Source: a virus
Lineage: Duplodnaviria > Caudoviricetes
IMG/VR virus record: IMGVR_UViG_3300028591_000127
Span: 1-64,000 of that record
DNA: 64,000 bases
Strand: one strand, 5' to 3'
The translations under genes and the position numbers were made by a program. Positions 1 through 8,214 of the stretch are shown here, piece by piece. Each line of letters begins with the position of its first letter. Within the stretch, counting starts at the first letter, position 1. The notes beneath the pieces were generated by a model. It saw nothing but the letters and a program-made list of their open reading frames with translations. It was not told the DNA's origin and did not search any database.

Positions 1-380
1 TTTTATTTTATTGAATTTATTATTTTATTTAATTATTCAGGGTATATTATTCTATAAGACGAAGTCTCGACCGCGAAGCGGCCTCATCCGTTAAACGAGG
101 GCCTATGTACCGAGTAGGATGAGGAGAGACTGTGTTATTCACCTCGGGCTCAGGTTCTTTCAGCTTTAGATGAAAGGTTCTGTGGCTCCGGGAGGGCGAG
201 GGGAATCACTAGTATATTAATAATTTTCAGTCGTTTCACTCCTTCCATGTCTTTGGTCTCATTACACTTCATTCTTTCCTTCACTCCTTCGTCATTTCAG
301 TCAATCATTCCGTTTCATTCAACAGAAAGCTCTTAGTGGCGAAAAATTTGTGTAACTAAAATGAGCCCGAATCCTTATAT

Positions 381-983
381 TTGATGAAAAGAACAAAGGA
401 ATCCTGTTATTTATGTTTTAATATTGAAGATCCAGAAGAAGAATTGAAATTTCTTTCTATTCTTGAGAAACTTAAAATACCTTATTTTGGTAATCTAGAT
501 GATAGGTTGTGTATAGAATTCGCTGATTATTATATGGCATATTTTTTAGCCAATCATCAGGGAGAAACTGGCCAATTATTTTTATCGAAAATTAGGAAAT
601 ATTCTCAAAATTCAACGCCAGCAAACGAAACAGGTACGGGGGTAATTACAGAATATCATGAAAGGGAAGTTACTAGGTGTGTTTGGCAGGATCCTGAGTC
701 GACAGAACAGGAGGTAGTTGTAAAATCATATGAGCATCTTCCATTAAGCTGTTTCGTTCCTATTATTAATGATAAAGGTTGGTATTCATTCTCAATATCT
801 TCAGTGAGTTCTACTACGATTTCTATTATTAATACTGATTGTATTTGTATTTCTGGTGGTAGTTATTCAAATCTTTGTAACTATTATAGAAGTTTTTCTG
901 ATATTCATAAGTCAGATTTTAATAGCGATAGTGGTTTAATTTTAGAAATCTTAATTATGCGAGGTATCTGTTCCCCTGAGTAA
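381..983 (+). CDS. Hypothetical protein (200 aa), the only sizeable plus-strand gene, directly upstream of the cassette array
   Basis: ORF track; followed by a hairpin and T-run; no motif I recognise. Confidence 0.6.
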   Translation: MMKRTKESCYLCFNIEDPEEELKFLSILEKLKIPYFGNLDDRLCIEFADYYMAYFLANHQGETGQLFLSKIRKYSQNSTPANETGTGVITEYHEREVTRCVWQDPESTEQEVVVKSYEHLPLSCFVPIINDKGWYSFSISSVSSTTISIINTDCICISGGSYSNLCNYYRSFSDIHKSDFNSDSGLILEILIMRGICSPE

Positions 984-1003
984 GGGGGACTTTATTTTTT
1001 TTT
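970..1003 (+). terminator. Intrinsic terminator after ORF 381-983
   Basis: Stem GTTCCCCT(970-977)/AGGGGGAC(983-990), loop GAGTA, then TTTATTTTTTTTT. Confidence 0.7.
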
Positions 1004-1017
1004 CTTGGTATAATAGA

Positions 1018-4000
1018 ACATGTAACAGGTAGTAGCTATCAAATACTTAACTGTTCAGAAGTTAGTAAAATATCTATCTATATTATATATTCTCACGATG
1101 GTTTAATTCATTTTTCTCAAACTGGTCAGCCAACTAAATCTAAACAATACTAACATGTAACAGTAAGTACTTATGGAGATAGAGGGCCTAGTCAAGGGTG
1201 GGCTACAACTCATCCACATAGAGTAGATAATAGAAATGGAATGGTATTAAATAGAGGTGGAGGTGGTTTCCCTAGTAAATCTAACCAATAACTAACATGT
1301 AACAGAAAATACATCTGGAAATAAATGGTCATCCACAGATCAAAGTATAACAAAAGGATTTCTAGTAGTGCTTTCTTATGGAGGACTTACTTCCAGTAAT
1401 TTGACTTTTAAATCTAACCAATACTTATACTACATGTAACAATTAGTATATATAGTCATTGTTCAGGAGAAATGACAAAAAGTCAACCGGTAGAAGTACA
1501 TCAAAGTGAAGGAAAGATTGTATCTCATCAGTCTAGTTGGGATATAGTTAAATCTAACCAATATTTATATATACTACACTACATGTAACAAGTACTAGTT
1601 GGGCTAATGGAGAACCTACCGACCGTAGATCTGCATATCTTATAACTAATTCATATCTAGTTATGCTTGCTCATTCTTATACTCCTAAATCTAACCAATA
1701 CTCGACTAACATGTAACAGGTGACAGATATGCAAGTGTTTTGGAAAACAGTATATATCGTATAATAATGGTTCATCCTAATTCGATGGTAGGAACTTTTT
1801 ATGATCCTGGTAGTTTTGCAAATAAATCTAACCAATATTTATACATACATGTAACAGGTAGTAGCTATTATATATGGGCTAGTGGAGATACAGATAATTT
1901 TGCCAACTTCAGACCAAAAATTTCTATGGGAATAAGTAGTAGTATGACCCTAATGTTTTATCCAACATTACTAAAATCTAACCAACACTTGACTAACATG
2001 TAACAGGAGGTACTAATGTTGGAAGACATAATATAGGTGATTGGTCAAGTATAAGACCTTTTATAGTAAATTTATCTCTTGGTATCGTAAATCCAGGTAT
2101 TAGTACAGTTACTTGGATTAAATCTAACCGATACTTTACTATACTACATGTAACAAGCTATAATCTTCATAGTCATGGTACTACTGAACATGATAAGACA
2201 CGAAATAAATCAGTTCATCTTTTCATTAGTTCTAATCTACCTGCAGGAACATATACAGGAGGAGTAGTAGAATTAATTTATAAATCTGCCCAATACTTGT
2301 TGAGACTTCTATACATACATGTAACAGGAGAAGGAAATTTTGTTTCAGTAGCAGAAAAAAGTAAAACGCTTCTGTATTATATTTGGAATTCAACAGTTGT
2401 AAGTCAGACTGGAGGATCCTGGTGGAGAACTAAATCTGCCCAATACTTTTTACAACATGTAACAGCATTTAGTACTTTCATATGGTCCACACAAGAGTAT
2501 ACAAAGAAAGATGCAGTTAGAGTTTGTCTTGATTCTAGAGGAGTATTTGACAATATCAGTGGTAATTTAGCCTATAAATCTAACCGATACTGACATGTAA
2601 CAACAAAGACACTTATTGGTGATAGTGGTGAGACATCTGGGGTTTATACTATCTATTGTCTGGGTGATAGAGGATATGTAATAATACCAAATAATGGATA
2701 TTCTACTGCAGCGATTAAATCTAACCAATACTTACTAACATGTAACAAGTAGTCAGGAATATTCTAGTTGTGAATCAGCAAAGATAATCCCAATGCAAAG
2801 ACATGGTAATAATGTTTATCCAATGACAAGTTATTCCTATACAGGTTGTTATAAATCTAACCGATACTTAATCTACATACATGTAACAGATTACAATTAT
2901 AAAGTATCTTGTTGTGAAGATTCCGCTATTACTACTTGTAGATTTTTAAGTTTAGGTAGTTATAGTGGAACAGGAGGTATATGTTCTTTAGGTGGTTTTG
3001 GTATAAATCCTATTAAATCTAACCAATACTAACATGTAACAACAGACTGGAGATATAATACATGTGAACACTCAAAGCAATCTAGTTATAATTTTATTTC
3101 GGGTGGACGAATTTATCCAGGCAACGGATATTACAAATCTAACCAATACTTACAACATGTAACAGATAGTATATGGTGTATTGGTGAAAATATTGATGGA
3201 AAACGGGGAGCATATTTTATATCTGGAAGCTTAATAGGTATTTACCATGCTGGTGGGTATAAATCTTACCAATACTTAATCTGCATACATGTAACAGGTT
3301 GGCGAGACTTAGCTCTTCCATGTTGCAATGAATCTAGTAAAAAGATTAATACTATAATTGGTGATAATACAAAAAACATAAGACATGACTGGCCTGGTAA
3401 AATATTAAATTACCAATACATGGACTTACTACATGTAACAGTTTATAACTATGATGGTTATCCTTGGAATGTTTTCTGTTGCTCAGTAGATAAGACAACT
3501 GATAGGTCACATACTTTAGCTATGGGTAATTCACTAAGACCTACAGAAAATCAAGTTAATTTAATTTATTACAGTAATCCTACTGGTCAAAAATCTACCC
3601 AATACTAAAATAATACATGTAACAGGTTATAATCAAGCTAACATTAGATTTAGTGTAGATGAAAATAGTACGGTATATGGTAAGACTGCAGGTCCTTGGA
3701 ATGGTGAGGTAGGAACAAGCGTAGGGAGTATGAGAATATTTAAATCTACCCGATACTTTAAACTAACATGAAATAGGTAGTGTTAATAGAAGATCTTTAA
3801 ATGAGTTAACTAAGGAAAGGTCTAACTTTATTAATGTTTCTAATGGTTATGTTGAAATGAGTGAATATACTGCTTTTAAATCTAACCAATACTTTCCATA
3901 CATGTAACAGATAGTAATAGGTGGCTGTCTGCAGAGCAAAGTGCATCAAGAGGATCTCTAATAGTACTTTCTTCTGGATCATATCTTTCCAGTAGTACTT

Positions 4001-6756
4001 ATAGTAGTACTTCAAAATCTAACCAATACTCATACTACAACATGTAACAGAAGGTATTGGTAGACATAGTAGTTCTTGTGCATCAAAATTATATGATTGG
4101 ACAAAGAGTAATGGTGGTAATCATATTTGGAATGGATTTGCTAATATAGGTAAATCTACCCAATACTCTCTACATGTAACAGGGGGTACTAATGTTGGAA
4201 GACATAATATAGGTGACTGGTCAAGTATAAGACCTTTTACAGTAAATTTATCTCTTGGTATCATAAATCCAAGTGCCTCTAGTGCTGTTAGCTGGACTAA
4301 ATCTAACCAATACTTTTCATACATGTAACAAGTCCAGGTAATAGATGTTCAGCAATAGAGAAAAGTAAAATTTATATCAATTATCTGTGGAATTCCTCAG
4401 TTTGGAATACCTCTGGAGGATCTGCTATGAGACCTGAAAAATCTAATCAATACTAACATGTAACAGATAGTACAAGATCCTCTAATGGAGAATGTAGGTT
4501 CAATGCTTGTTGTACAACTCTTAATAGTATAAATGTTTATGCTTCTTATGCATCTGGAGGACATACATATAAATCTGCCCAATACTTAGTCCCTACATGT
4601 AACAGGTAATAATGGTGTTTCTGGTGAATGTTACCGTACACTAGCTTATAGGACTAATGGTTTTGTATTTTGTGAAAATAACGGACTCAAGGCATATATT
4701 TATAAATCTAACCAATACTGACATGTAACAAACAATTCTGCCACGATAGCTAGTAGTATGGAAACTGGAAGGGGTAATAGTTGGTGTCTATATCAAGGAG
4801 TTAGAAGGGATTTTGTAAGTAAATCTAGCCAATACTGAGATCTCTACATGTAACAGGTACTAGTCAATTTTTTATGGTTTCAAGTAAGGATAATAGTAAG
4901 ACATCATATTCCGTGGTTAATTACTTTGGAAATAGCAATTTTATAGCTTCTGTAAATAAATCTAACCAATACAGGGATCTCTACATGTAACAGATAGACA
5001 ATGGGCTTTTGGAGAACAAGCCAAACCAATGTGTTATTCTATAACATATAATATGATGGTACTTATTCAGCATCCAGGAAATTACAAATCTAACCAATAC
5101 TTACTAACATGTAACAAGCAGTTTCTGTAGAAGTAGTTGTGGAGAGGGTGAGAAAAGAGCTATGCATTGTTTATTCATCAATCTTTATTATAATGATAGG
5201 GGTGATGTATTCACTGCTAGTTATATGAAATCTACCCGATACTGGCAAACATGTAACAGATAGTACTAAGAGATTTAGTCAAGCTGAAGTAAGTAATTTA
5301 TCTGTTTTTTATATTGCTGTTAGTACTGGAATAGTCCATTATCGGGATCCTATCGGTAGTCATCCTTTTTCTAAATCTAACCAATACAGACATGTAACAG
5401 GAGGAAATAGTAATTATTACTTCTCGGGAGCTGGTGAAATAAGTAAAGTATCTCCAGTTAGATTTAAAGCTAATGATCTGTCTATATTCTTTATTGGAGC
5501 AGGAGGATCCTCTAATTCTAAATCTCACCAATACTAACTAACATGTAACAGGTAGTTATAATAGAAGTAGTTGTGGAGAAGGTGAAAAAAGAGCTATGTA
5601 TTGTTTAATTAATAATGGTAGTCAAATAGCCATTGGTTATTATACTACTATTAGTAAATCTAACCAATACTCTCTACATGTAACAGGAGGAAGTAATTAT
5701 CTTTTCATCTGGGGAGCTGGTGAGACGAGTATTGTATCTCCAGTTAGATTTCAGGCTGAATTGTCCATATCATTCACTGGAGGAGGGGAGCCAGTAATTA
5801 TAAATCTAAACAATACTTACACTAACATGTAACAAGTTTTAGAAGTCATGCTAAACAGGTTAATAATGGTAAAATAGATTCGATTGGTAATTCTGCTTCT
5901 ATTAGGGTAGATGGTTTAGCAAATTATAAATCTAACCAATACTACTATAATATACATGTAACAGGTTATAGTCACTCTATGTATTCTAGGTCCTGTATTA
6001 AAGAATATAGTAATTCTCATAGTACACAGGTTTTTCTATATCAAGGAGAAGTTGGTAGTTCTGCACTTGGAGTTGGTTATTCTAAATCTAACCAATACAT
6101 GTAACAGATAGTGGTATGAGTAGAATAGTATTTGCTGCAGCAGGCGATAAATATACTAGTATGCCGCTTCAGTGTAGATCTGAGGGTACTGTTCTTACTG
6201 AATTTGCAGTACATAAGTTTAAATCTAACGAATACTAACATGTAACAGGTAATAGATATAGTCATAGTTCAGGAGAAACTTCAAAAGTTCATCCGGGAGG
6301 AATAGCTATTGGACAAGCAATCGTTTATATTCAGAATGGATGGATAATGAAATCTCACCAATACTAACATGTAACAGTAAGTACAAGAAGATTTAGCTGT
6401 TGTGAAATTTCTAAAATATTAATGTGGTATGTAAATTTAAACAACGGACTTATCTTATTAGGGGCTGGAAATTGTTATAAATCTACCCCATACTTGTTGA
6501 AATTTTTAACATGTAACAGGTAATAACTATGTATGGAGGCATTCTTTGTATGAACTGTCTAAAACTATAATTTATGCATTTTCTTTAGGTAGAGGAGGAT
6601 TTTTTGGTGGTGGAGGTGAGCAAATGAAATCTAACCGATACTTATAACATGTAACAATAGATACTTTGTTTGGTCTTAGTGAAAGTAGTCAGAAACAGAC
6701 CACCTCTCTTTCACTGGTATTAGGAAGAACTAATGTTAATAATAAATCTAACCAAT
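1018..6756 (+). repeat. Array of 41 tandem variable cassettes (alternative C-terminal variable regions for gene 8215-15423)
   Basis: ACATGTAAC starts at 1018,1153,1295,1432,1581,1709,1847,1996,2146,2317,2455,2593,2738,2879,3032,3155,3287,3431,3615,3766(degenerate ACATGAAAT),3900,4040,4172,4321,4456,4595,4721,4846,4983,5107,5249,5390,5541,5676,5825,5954,6097,6238,6367,6509,6647. Each unit ends in an AAATCTAACCAATAC-like motif and translates as HVT-(variable)-KSxxY. Confidence 0.95.
4595..4719 (+). repeat. Cassette 26: exact copy of the variable segment currently in the gene
   Basis: 125/125 identity to the reverse complement of 8259-8383. Confidence 0.97.
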
Positions 6757-6758
6757 GT

Positions 6759-7047
6759 AGGTCTCAACAAGTATCGGTTAGATTTATAACAAGCTTGTCC
6801 AGCCCCAGTTATATTTCCATTCCCCCATAGAATACTCATTTCCACCCGGTTCCTCTCTTTAATGTTCCATACACCATTATTACCTCCTGTTACATGTATG
6901 TATAAGGACCTTAACAAGTATTGGCTAGATTTACTTAAATAATTAGGATTACCATCAGTTGATATCGTCGAACCGGAAAGAGTGCCACGACAAATTACTG
7001 ATACTTCATGAATACTGGTAATTCTACTACCACTTGTTACATGTGCC
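6759..7047 (-). repeat. Two further cassettes in inverted orientation (starts 7044 and 6897)
   Basis: Minus-strand translation AHVTSGSRITS...KSSQYLLRSLYIHVTGGNNGVW...KSNRYLLRP (ORF 6720-7049); same anchors. Confidence 0.9.
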
Positions 7048-7053
7048 ATGAAT

Positions 7054-7098
7054 AAAAAAAAAGAAGTGAAGTCTAGCTTTTACACTAGGCCTCACTTC
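7054..7098 (-). terminator. Intrinsic terminator ending the minus-strand tail operon before the array
   Basis: Stem GAAGTGAAGTCTAG(7063-7076)/CTAGGCCTCACTTC(7085-7098), with a 9-nt U-tract on the minus strand (A-run 7054-7062). Confidence 0.75.
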
Positions 7099-7102
7099 CG
7101 GA

Positions 7103-7345
7103 TCAAGAAATTATGACAGATCCATACATTATATTTTTAAGTTGTCCATCATTTCCCAAAATAAAGTACAGGTATTTGTCTATGGGTTCTTCTGGTATTG
7201 TTTCTGTTACCTCAATGCCCACAACGCTTTTAGAGATTATTCCGAGATTTGATATTTGTTCTATTCCGGTCTCAATATTATTCAGTTTTTCTGCGTCGAT
7301 TGGTGTATTTCCGTCGACCCATTTAGTTTTATTATACTCTATCAT
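7103..7345 (-). CDS. Small phage tail-associated protein (80 aa)
   Basis: YNKTKWVDGNTPIDAEKLNNIETGI resembles a motif common in phage tail/baseplate proteins; ATGA overlap with upstream gene. Confidence 0.6.
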   Translation of the reverse strand: MIEYNKTKWVDGNTPIDAEKLNNIETGIEQISNLGIISKSVVGIEVTETIPEEPIDKYLYFILGNDGQLKNIMYGSVIIS

Positions 7346-7668
7346 TTTTTACCACAGATAACTTTTCCACAAGTACTATTACCACAGATGGCGGGGCAGA
7401 TTTTAGTTACGCTAAGTATTTGAAGATCTTTTAGGTAGAATTCTTTCCCATTAAGTCCCTCCAGTGTTACTACCGTGACTCCCCGTCCTGTTTGTGTTTC
7501 AATTTTTATTTTGACGTCTTTAATAAGGAACACTTCATCGGTTGGCACGCCCCAGGATCCTGTTCCTACAGCTTTAGACGTAATTTTTGCTGTTCCCCCA
7601 ATAAGATTCCCATAGTTCCAGTTACCATAGGGTGAGGTATTAGCTAAAATTTTATTATTCTTCATCAT
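7342..7668 (-). CDS. Hypothetical protein (108 aa) with Cys-rich C-terminus
   Basis: ORF track; overlaps both neighbours in the operon. Confidence 0.6.
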   Translation of the reverse strand: MMKNNKILANTSPYGNWNYGNLIGGTAKITSKAVGTGSWGVPTDEVFLIKDVKIKIETQTGRGVTVVTLEGLNGKEFYLKDLQILSVTKICPAICGNSTCGKVICGKK

Positions 7669-8146
7669 AGAGGTTATCGATCCATTCGTCCAATTTATCT
7701 TTATCGTCCCAGCAATTTTTCAGGCAATCGTCAATAAAGTTCGAGTATTCATTTCTGAACTGGTAATATTCTTCTTGTGTTTCGAACTTATATCTAGTAT
7801 TATCTCCGAGTCTAATTTCCGGCAAGAATTGTTCGTTTTCTTTCACGGCATCATAGTTTCTTTGATAATTGATCTGATTTTCTGTTGATAGCCAGACCGG
7901 GTGTGTTTTCCATGTGAATCCCTCTAGTATATTCTGGTCGCACCTATCATTGAGGTAGTTTTCTAGTCTGGTTTTTATGGTTGTTTTGTCTGGTTTTTGG
8001 CCTTTAAACAGAAACTCAACCCAGGACCACCCTTTATCAGCGTTTTCCAGAACATCATAGGCCAGTACAGTATAGATTTGATTTCCAACCATAAAATGTT
8101 GAATCTTATCTGGTTTCTTTTCTGTGCTATAAATTCTTTCTATCAT
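7655..8146 (-). CDS. Putative tail-fibre assembly/chaperone protein (DUF4376-like); paralog of 16014-16514
   Basis: ILEGFTWKTHPVWLSTENQINY matches ILSGFTWRGKSVWLSAENQRNF; lies directly downstream of the adhesin. Confidence 0.6.
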   Translation of the reverse strand: MIERIYSTEKKPDKIQHFMVGNQIYTVLAYDVLENADKGWSWVEFLFKGQKPDKTTIKTRLENYLNDRCDQNILEGFTWKTHPVWLSTENQINYQRNYDAVKENEQFLPEIRLGDNTRYKFETQEEYYQFRNEYSNFIDDCLKNCWDDKDKLDEWIDNLYDEE

Positions 8147-8214
8147 TTTGTTATGGTTTTAAAGGGGATTAGGGAGAGTTTGTCTATTTCCCTCCCTTTC
8201 CCAGATTAAGTTTA

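Noticed and set aside
1018-6756. CRISPR array
   Set aside because: The variable parts are ~90-125 bp and protein-coding in a fixed frame, the repeat is split by a variable-length linker, the anchors occur inside a gene, and no cas genes are visible
1018-7044. Cassettes as multiple conventional DGR template repeats
   Set aside because: They are not AAC-rich, they vary in length, and the one matching the gene has no adenine substitutions; the real TR matches the other adhesin
1740-7049. Short ORFs in the array as real genes
   Set aside because: They are chance read-throughs of one or two cassettes, or antisense frames; 6720-7049 starts downstream of a terminator
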